The translations under genes were made by a program, and so were the position numbers. The notes under the pieces are model-generated. The model was not told the origin of the DNA, ran no database searches, and worked only from the letters and a program-made list of their open reading frames with translations. DNA of 60,534 nt from a bacterium (GTDB lineage Bacteria; Bdellovibrionota_C; UBA2361; CALJRW01): NCBI GenBank assembly GCA_031385045.1, contig JANNBC010000046.1, forward strand, positions 1 through 60,534, written 5' to 3'. This document shows positions 39,058 to 48,720 of the stretch, piece after piece (the stretch's first letter is position 1; each line of letters starts with the position of its first letter).

Positions 39058-39861
39058 GTGAATATCAGCAAAATTACTTTAGAGCTGAGCGAGTCTCAAA
39101 AAAACTTAGTGAAGGCTGTAATTGAGGCAGGGGAAACCTTACTATCATACTGGCCAGGGAATCCTGAGAACCAAGCCTTACAACAAACGAATAAGGATGA
39201 TGGCACACTAGTTACAGAAGCTGATATTGCTACTAACGAAATCTTACTAAAAGCTTTAAAAGCATACTTCCCTGAGGATTTAATTATTTCAGAAGAGACC
39301 GGCGAAAGCCAAGAACCAATCAAAGATAATAAGAGAGTTTGGTATCTTGATCCACTTGATGGCACAAAGAACTTTGCTTCTGGTATGGATGACTTCTTAA
39401 TCTTAATTTGTTTAGTCGTTGATCAAGAAGTTGAATTTTCAATAGCCTATTTTCCAGCCCAAGCTGAACTTTGCTTAGCAGTCAAAGGGCAGGGGGCATT
39501 CACCAGTAAGCATGGTAAGATTCAGGTTAATCAAGATAGCTTTAATCCAAGCTCCATTAATCTTAGAGATATGCCAATTCCTTCTAGCGATTTTTTGAGT
39601 AAATACCATACTGGCGCCGCTCAATATCTGATTGCTACAGGACAGCTAGCTGGCTGTATCTATGGCCTTGGCCACCGCGGGACACCAAAGGTCTGGGATT
39701 TTGCACCATTTGATTTGATTATCACCGAAAGTGGCGGAAGAGTGAGTGATCAAGCAGGTAATAAAATCAATTATCAAGGAGAGTCTTTACAGGCAACATC
39801 TTATGTTGCTAGTAATAGTAGAACTCATACCGAACTGTTAAAGTTAATCAATCATGCTTAG
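39058..39861 (+). CDS. Inositol monophosphatase / CysQ family
   Basis: VTEAD, ISEE, WYLDPLDGTKNF, WDFA. Confidence 0.9.
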   Translation: MNISKITLELSESQKNLVKAVIEAGETLLSYWPGNPENQALQQTNKDDGTLVTEADIATNEILLKALKAYFPEDLIISEETGESQEPIKDNKRVWYLDPLDGTKNFASGMDDFLILICLVVDQEVEFSIAYFPAQAELCLAVKGQGAFTSKHGKIQVNQDSFNPSSINLRDMPIPSSDFLSKYHTGAAQYLIATGQLAGCIYGLGHRGTPKVWDFAPFDLIITESGGRVSDQAGNKINYQGESLQATSYVASNSRTHTELLKLINHA

Positions 39862-41365
39862 TCATCAGCAATATCTAGATAAAATTGAAAATTCTCATGT
39901 TTATGAAGCTGCGATTGTAACTGCCCTGACTCCTTGTATTAATTTATCCCGTAAGACGAAGAATCATGTTTTTCTAAAGCGAGAAGACCATCAGGAAGTT
40001 TTCTCATTTAAAATTCGTGGAGCCTTTAATAAAATTGCCCAACTCTCACCTGCAGAAAGAAAAAGAGGTTTAATTGCTGTATCTGCGGGAAACCATGCCC
40101 AAGGTGTTGCCTTCGCCGGTCAGTACTTTGACTGCCGAACAATTATTGTGATGCCACTTTCCGCACCAGAAATAAAAATTAGACCTGTAAAAGCTTATGG
40201 GGCAGAAGTAGTTTTGCATGGAGACTCTGTACATGAGGCTTTTTTGCACGCCCAAGAGTTAATTGAGAAGTATCAATATATTCCCATTCATCCCTTTGAC
40301 GATCCCGATGTTATTGCTGGACAAGGAACTATTGGTAAAGAGATCTGCGAACAGTTAAATGATTTTGATTATTTATTTTTACCAATTGGTGGTGGTGGAA
40401 TTGCTGCGGGTATTGCGCTTTATGTTAAGCATCATCGTCCAAATGTAAAATTAATTGGTGTGGAGCCAGTTGAGGCTGCCAGTATGCATGATTCAATTCA
40501 AGCTGGTAAAATAGTAACTCTTGATTGGGTTGGTGGTTTTGCTGATGGGGTAGCTGTAAAGCAAGTGGGAGTTGAAACTTTTCGTCTTTGTCGCGAATTA
40601 TTAGATGAGATAGTGCTTGTTTCCACTGATAAGATTTGTGCCGCCATTAAAGATATTTTTGAAGATACAAGGGTTGTGGTGGAACCGGCAGGAGCATTAA
40701 CGGTTGCTGGAATGAAAAAATATCTTTCTATAAACAAAATTGAAGGGAAGAATGTTGTTGGAATTGCTTGTGGTGCTAACATGAATTTTGATCGGCTGGG
40801 TTATGTTGCTGAGCGAGTCTTGCTTGGAGAGCGAAAGGAAGTTTTACTAGCGGTCGAAATCCCTGAAAAGCCTAGGAGTTTAAAACGCTTTTGTCAGATG
40901 CTTGGAAGATATAGCATTACAGAATTTAATTACCGCTATAACGATTCCGAGAAAGCAATCTTATTCCTCGGTGTTAGTGTTGCCTCACGAGAAGACCGAG
41001 CAAAACTTTTTGAAAGTCTAACTCGTCAGGGTATCGTTTTCACGGATCTTTCTAAAGATGAGCTTGCCAAATTGCATCTTAGGCATATGGTCGGTGGTAG
41101 ATCAGCCTCCCTTCACAAGGAAAGACTCTTTCGAATGGAGTTTCCGGAACGCGCTGGGGCACTAAGTGATTTCTTAGATTACGTGGGGACAAATTGGAAT
41201 ATTACCTTATTTCATTATCGCTCTCATGGAAGCGACCGTGGCCGAGTATTAGTCGGATTACAAATTCCGGATGGTAATGATCAGCTTTTAGATCAGTTAT
41301 CCAAAAAATCAGGATTTAGCTGTATTGAAGAGACTGACAATCCAGTTTTTAAAATGTTCTGTTAA
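39854..41365 (+). CDS. ilvA: Biosynthetic threonine ammonia-lyase
   Basis: FSFKIRGA, SAGNHAQG, two C-terminal regulatory repeats. Confidence 0.97.
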   Translation: MLSHQQYLDKIENSHVYEAAIVTALTPCINLSRKTKNHVFLKREDHQEVFSFKIRGAFNKIAQLSPAERKRGLIAVSAGNHAQGVAFAGQYFDCRTIIVMPLSAPEIKIRPVKAYGAEVVLHGDSVHEAFLHAQELIEKYQYIPIHPFDDPDVIAGQGTIGKEICEQLNDFDYLFLPIGGGGIAAGIALYVKHHRPNVKLIGVEPVEAASMHDSIQAGKIVTLDWVGGFADGVAVKQVGVETFRLCRELLDEIVLVSTDKICAAIKDIFEDTRVVVEPAGALTVAGMKKYLSINKIEGKNVVGIACGANMNFDRLGYVAERVLLGERKEVLLAVEIPEKPRSLKRFCQMLGRYSITEFNYRYNDSEKAILFLGVSVASREDRAKLFESLTRQGIVFTDLSKDELAKLHLRHMVGGRSASLHKERLFRMEFPERAGALSDFLDYVGTNWNITLFHYRSHGSDRGRVLVGLQIPDGNDQLLDQLSKKSGFSCIEETDNPVFKMFC

Positions 41366-41410
41366 GATCTCTTAAGTATAAAATAAGTTGTATTTATCAG
41401 GGTCCCTCGA

Positions 41411-41917
41411 ATGTTTAAGTTAATCGGCACTACATTTTCTCTGATTCTGACTTTTGCCTGTTTGGCCGAAGCAACAGTTTGTGAAGATTATCCAAATCCT
41501 TGTCTCCAGCAGAAAGAATGTTCTACTAAATCAGATTTTGTTTTTGAGGCTACCGTTACTAGCATTTCAGATCTTGAAGTCGCTGCTCCTGATTATGGTA
41601 AAGGAGTGAATCAACTCATTAAGCAGAAAACAGCTCTACTAAAAATTGAAAAGTGGATTAAAGGAGCACCTCAAACTGAACTAACTCAAATTTTTCTTCC
41701 ACTTGATAAGTGGTATTGCTCTGAAATTAAACCAATATTTTCAGAGTTGCAGATCAACAAAAAGTATCGAGTCTTTGGGGTTTACGATCGATCTGAAAAT
41801 TACTGCCTAGCCTATCATGGTCAGCGGACGGCAAAGAATGCGGACGAGTTAGATGCTTGCCACAGTGATACCAAAATGGAAGAACAATCTTATTGGTTAT
41901 TAGAGTTACTGGAGTAA
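41411..41917 (+). CDS. Exported Cys-rich protein (TIMP/OB-like)
   Basis: Signal peptide, SDFVFEATVTSI, WIKG, several Cys. Confidence 0.6.
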   Translation: MFKLIGTTFSLILTFACLAEATVCEDYPNPCLQQKECSTKSDFVFEATVTSISDLEVAAPDYGKGVNQLIKQKTALLKIEKWIKGAPQTELTQIFLPLDKWYCSEIKPIFSELQINKKYRVFGVYDRSENYCLAYHGQRTAKNADELDACHSDTKMEEQSYWLLELLE

Positions 41918-42010
41918 TCTAGCCTTTTAAATGGCTGTAGTTTACCTAAAAATCTTGATTAGAGAGTAACTTCTGTTAAGATTCTTCTAAATTTTAGTCA
42001 ATCAAAAAAT

Positions 42011-43147
42011 ATGTCAGCAGGTCTTGCAATAGTTACCCAATTTCAACCGTTAGCAAAAATAGCCTTTCCAATTCCTGAAGCTACACCAACTGGTGTTATC
42101 CGCTCAGCTGAGATCGATCTCCAACTAGAAAAAAACTTGGCTGAAATTATTACTTCACAACGAGCGGAACCTATTGTTTATTTGTATAGTCGTCGCAATG
42201 AACCAGAAGTCGCTCAAAGACTTGCACATATCATGATGACATCTGATTCCCCAACTGCCCGAGAGGCTGCGGAACATGCTCTTTTTGAAACTACTGATCA
42301 AATTGGAAGTAAATTATTAGAAGCTGAATATTTAGTTAGAAAATTGTCTGTGGGTGCTGGTAAGTTTGGAACAGGGCCAACAGACGAGGAGGATTTAATT
42401 ATTGAGCTTAAAGAACTTAGAGAGGAACCATTAGTAATTGCTCGCTTAGTAGAAACTTTAGTCAGTGGATCTAGTGGAGCTTTTTACGCTGCTCAAATCC
42501 TTCAAGGAACACCTGATCAAAGTACTCAATTACATTTAAAAAATATACTAATTCAGGCACTCGATGAGTCGCGAGGTTTTATTAGTTTTGATCGAGCAAA
42601 TCTATCAAAACTACCGTTTGCCCTTAAGTATTCAACAGATCCAGAAGTCCAAACACTTTTAATTAAAGCATTTAAAGAAGCCTTTGGTTGTAATAATTTC
42701 AGATATGCTGCGGCTTGTGCACTTGGTGGTATTAACACGGAAGAAGCAAGAACAGTAATTTTAGAAAGTGTCTTTGCTCCAAAACAAGAATGGTTAGTTC
42801 GAATGGGTATTGCTAATGCTCTGCGGGAGCAAATGGACGATCAAGTAAAAGCAAAACTATTACCTTTAATTGATGGACCAGTTTCTAAAACATTAAAATT
42901 AGTGATGGATGCTAATAAGTCACCTAGTGATAAAATTGCTTTTCTATCCATCTTTGCTAGGAAACCAAGTAATGAAAATATTCATGATATTCGAGTACAA
43001 GTAGCAATCGCCCTTCAGGAAGAAGCGCCAGATTTAGTAAAGAAAGTTTTAGTAGAAGCGCTTAAGCCGAGAAAAGACTCCAGCCACTCCTGTCAATTTT
43101 TTGCTTCAGGAGATGCTAATTGGGTATTAGCTAGGCTAGTAGCTTAG
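42011..43147 (+). CDS. HEAT-repeat-like protein
   Basis: REAAEHAL, RYAAACALG, RMGIANAL, RVQVAIAL repeats. Confidence 0.7.
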   Translation: MSAGLAIVTQFQPLAKIAFPIPEATPTGVIRSAEIDLQLEKNLAEIITSQRAEPIVYLYSRRNEPEVAQRLAHIMMTSDSPTAREAAEHALFETTDQIGSKLLEAEYLVRKLSVGAGKFGTGPTDEEDLIIELKELREEPLVIARLVETLVSGSSGAFYAAQILQGTPDQSTQLHLKNILIQALDESRGFISFDRANLSKLPFALKYSTDPEVQTLLIKAFKEAFGCNNFRYAAACALGGINTEEARTVILESVFAPKQEWLVRMGIANALREQMDDQVKAKLLPLIDGPVSKTLKLVMDANKSPSDKIAFLSIFARKPSNENIHDIRVQVAIALQEEAPDLVKKVLVEALKPRKDSSHSCQFFASGDANWVLARLVA

Positions 43148-43155
43148 TAAGTCAA

Positions 43156-43662
43156 ATGAGAAAGGCAATTATTTCGGAAGCTCAGGATCTATATATTCTT
43201 AGAGCTCAATCTTTTCAGCATTTTTGTAAGTTAGCTTATTCTCCAGAAGAATTAGAAACAATTATTCATGCTTATACTCCAACTGAGATTGCCTTAGCAG
43301 TTTCATCTGGAAATATATTTGTTCTTGAAGAATCAGGAGTATTCTCTGGTTATGTTTGGATTGAGGCTGGCTTTGGTAAAGAGTTAGCAGTAAATCCTGA
43401 ATTCATTGGTCGGGGTGTTGGTAAGAAACTGCTAATTGAAGGGTTAAGAATTATCACCAGCAAATCGAGTAGCGATATTGAAATCTTTGCAACATTAAAT
43501 ACTGTTAGATTCTACCAAAGGTACGGATTTGTTCCCCAACAGCGAGTAAAATTAAAACATCAACTTACAGGGAAGTTGATTGCACTGCACAAAATGTCTC
43601 TTGGATTCTCAAAAGCTAGGGAACTCGTCTCTCGCAACACAATTAAATGGGTTATGACTTAG
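43156..43662 (+). CDS. GNAT acetyltransferase
   Basis: VNPEFIGRGVGKKL, FYQRYGF. Confidence 0.85.
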   Translation: MRKAIISEAQDLYILRAQSFQHFCKLAYSPEELETIIHAYTPTEIALAVSSGNIFVLEESGVFSGYVWIEAGFGKELAVNPEFIGRGVGKKLLIEGLRIITSKSSSDIEIFATLNTVRFYQRYGFVPQQRVKLKHQLTGKLIALHKMSLGFSKARELVSRNTIKWVMT

Positions 43663-44198
43663 ATCTGATTATTTATTTGTGGAACTTGATAGAGATAAAC
43701 ATTTTCCTCTTTTTTAATTAAAGTTAAATTTGGAAAAGGAAAATCATAAGAAACTACTTTGGCACCAGGTCTCATTTCTTCTTTGATCTTTTTTTCTAAT
43801 TTTTCTGTAAAGCAAGAAGTCATATAAGAAGTGAGAATATCTACCTCTGATAAATCAACTTTCCAAATGTTCTTTAGATAAATATGAGCATTTTTTTTGC
43901 CTGTGAGCAAAAATCTCAATTTACTATAGATAACAAGCAGTGGATTGATTTCAATTCCAATACACTGCTTTGCACCCGCAGCGATAAATGCAGCAACGAT
44001 TCTTCCATCGCCAGAACCAAAATCAAGGACAGTATCTGTCGGTTGAACATTGGCAATGTTAACCATCTGGGCTACACGCTTATGAGGAGTTGGGATGTAA
44101 GCGGAACCTCTGAAAATTGCAACCAGCGTATAGAAAAAATGAACCATTAGGAAGGCATAGGCTGAGATCAGAATTAGTGCGAGGATTATTTCAAACAT
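43659..44198 (-). CDS. Membrane-anchored class I SAM methyltransferase
   Basis: AYIPT, DFGSGDGRI, GIEINP, VVSYDF. Confidence 0.85.
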   Translation of the reverse strand: MFEIILALILISAYAFLMVHFFYTLVAIFRGSAYIPTPHKRVAQMVNIANVQPTDTVLDFGSGDGRIVAAFIAAGAKQCIGIEINPLLVIYSKLRFLLTGKKNAHIYLKNIWKVDLSEVDILTSYMTSCFTEKLEKKIKEEMRPGAKVVSYDFPFPNLTLIKKEENVYLYQVPQINNQI

Positions 44199-44522
44199 TT
44201 AAATAAATTAGAACTAATAAACATTATGAACAATCCAGGATGTGTGATTAAGCAATAATGCAAATATCAGTAATCCTTGATTGTGCTTAATTGCAATTAG
44301 ACTACTAATTAAATAATAACGTTGCAGGATCATTTAAAATCAAGAAATTTGACTTTTCTTAGCCTTTTGTTCATTTGCATACTTTATTTAGATGTATTGA
44401 TGCTTTAAATGAGTAAAAAACTACTAAAATATTACAGCCAACAGTTCGATATCAATAATTGAGTAAGAATTAGACCTCTGAATAGATAGCGTCTCTCAAT
44501 CATTTACTAAATTAACTAAAAA

Positions 44523-45497
44523 ATGGCAGTACTCAGTCCCCTAAAAAGTCAAAACGGTTTTGGTGTTACACCAGTTCGAGAATTGTTAATCACTGCTTCT
44601 ACTGGCGAGCGACTTGCTTCCAGCTTTAGCCCAGAAGTAGTTCTTCGTCAGCAAGAACTTTGTGGAGCTAATCCTGATAGCTTTACTATTGGAAAAAATA
44701 TTTATCAAAATGGTTTACAGAGCTCTCTGGATGGTTTTCAAATTGAGAATGGCGTCTTGCGAGGAGTGCTGCAACCAACACGATACGCTTGGGGTCAGGC
44801 TAGTCGTTTAGAGATTGAGTCTAGAAAAGATTTTTCAAACTTAGGACAAGTCTATCGGGATCATTCCGCCAATATGGCCAATACTTGGTTAGTAACATTT
44901 GTGATGCACCGTGGGGAATGGCATTTAGTAGGTCAAATTAAAGGACAGGGTGTCTTTGGTGCTGGAGAAGTACATCCAGCCTCTGCTGCCGGTGGGGTTA
45001 GTGCAAAGTTAATTGATCCCTTAGTTGGAGTAGATCGAATTTTATTAGGCAATATTCTTAAAGAGGCTTTGGAAGAAGGCTCACCGCTTAATGCCTTAAG
45101 AAATAATGCTCGAATTGCCTTTGCCCTCGATGAACGGTTTCAAGGATCTGTTGTTTTTGGTTACGCTGGTAAGACTGAATTATCAGAATTAATGTCAGCA
45201 TTATCTTACCGAGCTCAACATCAAATTTCTAATGGTAAAACTCCCGAAGCTGATGGTCAGGCATTATATAATCCATCACTAGGGGATCGCTTATTAATCA
45301 AAATTGAACCAGCAATTACAGGTGGACAAGTTAAATTAGATAATCTCTCCGCGATTGTGGTTGATCCAGGGGTTCAAGATTTTGTTCGCCTAACAACAAA
45401 ATCAGATATGACACCTAGGCCTGCCTTTAAAGTTTTTACTGATTGGTTAGGTCAAGGTTCTAATCTTAAATATTTGATGGAACAGGCCGGGATTTAA
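44523..45497 (+). CDS. Hypothetical protein (possibly divergent Nudix-like)
   Basis: 324-aa ORF; AAGG...LKEALEEG is weakly Nudix-like. Confidence 0.55.
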   Translation: MAVLSPLKSQNGFGVTPVRELLITASTGERLASSFSPEVVLRQQELCGANPDSFTIGKNIYQNGLQSSLDGFQIENGVLRGVLQPTRYAWGQASRLEIESRKDFSNLGQVYRDHSANMANTWLVTFVMHRGEWHLVGQIKGQGVFGAGEVHPASAAGGVSAKLIDPLVGVDRILLGNILKEALEEGSPLNALRNNARIAFALDERFQGSVVFGYAGKTELSELMSALSYRAQHQISNGKTPEADGQALYNPSLGDRLLIKIEPAITGGQVKLDNLSAIVVDPGVQDFVRLTTKSDMTPRPAFKVFTDWLGQGSNLKYLMEQAGI

Positions 45498-45593
45498 TAC
45501 TACTTACAATTTAAAATAATTTTGTGTAAAACTTAATAGTTGGTCTTGGGCCTCACTGTCACTTGCGAATCTAAGCCCAACATTAAGATTAAC

Positions 45594-47060
45594 TTAACCG
45601 ATTTTATTTTCACTTTGATTTCTAATCACAGAATGTTTTTTCCCATATAGAAAATAAAATATCACTCCTATAAGCATCCAAACCATCAACCTAATCCAAC
45701 TTTCTTGTGGAAGCGAATACATCAAATAGACACAAGATAAGATTCCCAAAATTGGAATCAGCGGAACTAATGGAGTCTTAAATGGTCGGTGCATATCAGG
45801 CATAGTTCTTCTTAGAACAATTACCGCGATACAAACTAAGACAAAGGCAAACAGAGTTCCAATACTTACCATATGTCCCAAGTCAGAAACAGGAACTAGG
45901 CCTGCAAAGGCGGAAACAAACAGCATGAAAAATAGATTTGTTTTCCAAGGGGTTCTAAACTTGGGATGAATTTCACAAAATACTTTTGGAAGTAAGCCAT
46001 CCTTAGACATGGCATAAAATACGCGAGATTGTCCCAGCAATAACACCATAATCACTGAGGTGTACCCAGCAAGAATTGCCAGTACTAGCGCGTCTTGTAG
46101 GCCTGTATATCCGGTAACAGCAAATGCTGTAGCAACTGGCTTAGCATTCCCAGCAAATAATGAATAGTGCACTAAGCCGGTCATAACATGGGAAAACAAA
46201 ACATAAAGAATTGTACAAACAAATAGTGATCCTAAAATTCCGATCGGCATATCACGTTGTGGATTCTTTGCTTCCTGGGCCGCCGTAGAAACAGCGTCAA
46301 AGCCAACAAAGGCAAAGAAAACAACCGCAGCGCCTGTAGCAATTCCAGTCCAACCAAAATGTTCATATAATCCAGTGTTCTCTGGAATATAAGGGATATG
46401 ATTTAAGGGATTCATGTAACCCCAACCAATAATGATAAAAGTAACTACAACAAATAATTTTAGTATCACTAGAATGTTATTAAGAATTACTGATTCTTTA
46501 GTCCCTTTGATTAATAACAATGAAGTGCAAATAACAATAAAGATTGCGGGTAAGTTAATAATGCCACCCTCAATTATTTGTCCATTACTAAGTGTCAGCT
46601 TTTCCCAAGGTGAAACGATTAGGCTAGGTGGTAGACTAATTCCAAATTTAGTTAAAAACTCTAGTAAGTAGCGAGACCAACTGACGGAAACAGCTGCTGC
46701 TCCAAGAGCATATTCAAGAACTAAATCCCAACCAATTATCCAAGCCAAAAATTCACCCATAGTTGCATAGGTGTAGGTATAGGCACTTCCAGCAACGGGA
46801 ATGATTGAAGCAAATTCAGAATAGCAAATCCCAGCGAAGGCACAGGCGACAGCCGCCATCATAAAAGAGATACTTACTGCGGGGCCAGCGTTTTCAGCAG
46901 CAGCAATTCCTGTTAAGGAAAATAATCCAGCACCAATAATCACTCCAATTCCTAAAAATACTAGATTAAAGGCACCAAGTGAGCGACGTAAGGTACGTTC
47001 CCCTTCTTCGGCTGCTTCGTTTTGTAGAGTTTGAAAGCTTTTTTTGTAGTTATTGAACAT
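45594..47060 (-). CDS. APC-family amino acid permease
   Basis: GIGVIIGAGLF, AGSAYTY, FFAFVGFDAVST, PKFRTP. Confidence 0.95.
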   Translation of the reverse strand: MFNNYKKSFQTLQNEAAEEGERTLRRSLGAFNLVFLGIGVIIGAGLFSLTGIAAAENAGPAVSISFMMAAVACAFAGICYSEFASIIPVAGSAYTYTYATMGEFLAWIIGWDLVLEYALGAAAVSVSWSRYLLEFLTKFGISLPPSLIVSPWEKLTLSNGQIIEGGIINLPAIFIVICTSLLLIKGTKESVILNNILVILKLFVVVTFIIIGWGYMNPLNHIPYIPENTGLYEHFGWTGIATGAAVVFFAFVGFDAVSTAAQEAKNPQRDMPIGILGSLFVCTILYVLFSHVMTGLVHYSLFAGNAKPVATAFAVTGYTGLQDALVLAILAGYTSVIMVLLLGQSRVFYAMSKDGLLPKVFCEIHPKFRTPWKTNLFFMLFVSAFAGLVPVSDLGHMVSIGTLFAFVLVCIAVIVLRRTMPDMHRPFKTPLVPLIPILGILSCVYLMYSLPQESWIRLMVWMLIGVIFYFLYGKKHSVIRNQSENKIG

Positions 47061-47249
47061 AGTAAAGATTAAGGTTGGAATTATGATTGAGGATAGATAC
47101 TTCTTGTAAAATTAAAGTGTTGGAAATGCTAGAATATCTATAAATGAAAATAAATGCACTATAATAGAAATATTGCTTAGTGGAAAGATTTTTATTGCAT
47201 CGAAAGCGAAATGGGTTGATAGTGTGAGGATAAATAATGGAGGAATGAT

Positions 47250-47621
47250 ATGAATAAATTTAAATTAGTTTTGATCTCTGTGATCTTTTATCCAAGTTTG
47301 CTTTTTGCGTTGCCATGTTCGGACCCTAGCCAAGATAGTCCTTTTGTTAACTGTATCTTAAATGATGGGTTTGAAGCATGTCAGGCAGCTAATGCAACTT
47401 GTAGTTATTATAATTATTATCAACAACCATCGGATCTAATCTCTCGAATGATTACACTCTGTTGCGGTGAACCTACTGAGGCTGGAAGACGAGCTTGTTT
47501 TCTTGCTAGAAATCAGGAAACTCGAGATGCCAAGGCTCTTCCAAGATCTTTTCGCAGAGAAGTTAATCGAAGAGTTATTTCTTACATTAATAATCCAGAA
47601 CTTTTCTGTACTGAGCATTAA
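47250..47621 (+). CDS. Small secreted Cys-rich protein
   Basis: GGAGG RBS, signal peptide, eight Cys. Confidence 0.7.
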   Translation: MNKFKLVLISVIFYPSLLFALPCSDPSQDSPFVNCILNDGFEACQAANATCSYYNYYQQPSDLISRMITLCCGEPTEAGRRACFLARNQETRDAKALPRSFRREVNRRVISYINNPELFCTEH

Positions 47622-47642
47622 CCATCGATGTGATAACTCTAT

Positions 47643-47666
47643 CTAGCCCTTGAAGTTAAGGGCTAG
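47643..47666. terminator. Hairpin between convergent genes
   Basis: CTAGCCCTT-GAAGTT-AAGGGCTAG. Confidence 0.55.
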
Positions 47667-47675
47667 CGCCTATCG

Positions 47676-48392
47676 CTATTTATTTTCTCGGCCTTTAGTC
47701 AGGGCAGTTTCGATTGCATTAATCTTTAGATTATTTTCCTTTATTTCATAATAAGCCAGAGCTTGCCAGCCAAGTGGGGCTAGTTTTGTAGTCAGTTTTC
47801 GTCGATCCAGTTCCTCTCTTTGAGGTTCTTCAATGTACTGCAGTTTTTCAAGAGTATCGCGAATTCCAGTAACGGCAGCCGTTGAGACGTCCCTTAGTTT
47901 GGCAAATTCTGTTTGAGAAAGTGGTCGTTCCTGATCTCCTTGGTAGGTAGCAATAGCCAAAATCTGTAAGGATTCTCCAACCTTTGTATGTTTCGTAAAG
48001 CTTGATCCAAAGTTAGGATTGCTAGCATCTATTTTTTCCAAATAACCTTTATTAAATGTACCTATTTCTGAAATCGCTGAATTAAAAAAGTTTTGAAATT
48101 GTTCAGCTGTAGTAGAATCAATTCTAGATCTAGAAGCAATAAAAATCTCAGTAGCAGTGACTAGTAAATTAGAAATTCTTAAATAAGGTTTAATTTTATC
48201 ATGAAATTCTTGGGCACTATTAGATTGCGTTGATTCAACTTGTTCTAAGGTTCTTGTAGTTTTAAATTGGCTTGCAGCTAAATCTACTAAATTCAGTGAC
48301 ATTTCTAGCTCAGCACTAACTGCTGGCGGTAATGTACTAGTTGATAATATTTTTCGAAGATCCGTGGCGCTGGTTTTAGTTATTGCATTCAT
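47676..48392 (-). CDS. Protein with C-terminal MarR-like winged helix
   Basis: LSQTEFAK..VSTAAVTGIRDTLEKLQYI...DRRK...LAPLG. Confidence 0.65.
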   Translation of the reverse strand: MNAITKTSATDLRKILSTSTLPPAVSAELEMSLNLVDLAASQFKTTRTLEQVESTQSNSAQEFHDKIKPYLRISNLLVTATEIFIASRSRIDSTTAEQFQNFFNSAISEIGTFNKGYLEKIDASNPNFGSSFTKHTKVGESLQILAIATYQGDQERPLSQTEFAKLRDVSTAAVTGIRDTLEKLQYIEEPQREELDRRKLTTKLAPLGWQALAYYEIKENNLKINAIETALTKGRENK

Positions 48393-48471
48393 AGTAAGTA
48401 TCCTGATTAATTGCTGAGGATAACTTAATCAATTTTAGCTCTTAAGCAAATTTTTAGAAAATTGCTCTATT

Positions 48472-48699
48472 TTAGCAAGTTTGGACTTCCTCTCCTTCTT
48501 TTGGGTCAGGTACGCAGGCTGGTCTGGGAGCAGGAGCACCAGGATGAGCTGGGACTAGTGGTGGCTTTGAAGGGGTAGTTGGCGTTTCTGGAGTTGGTTT
48601 AGTCGGTGCCTTTGGTTCCACTGCTGGGGCAGAATATTTAAATGATCTTGGTGGAAATGTTGTTTCCAGAAATTTAAGTTGATCGCTAATAATTGGCAT
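48472..48699 (-). CDS. Small Pro-rich protein
   Basis: 75 aa, locally higher GC, fits between co-directional genes. Confidence 0.55.
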   Translation of the reverse strand: MPIISDQLKFLETTFPPRSFKYSAPAVEPKAPTKPTPETPTTPSKPPLVPAHPGAPAPRPACVPDPKEGEEVQTC

Positions 48700-48720
48700 A
48701 TCTTTAATATTTAATAAACT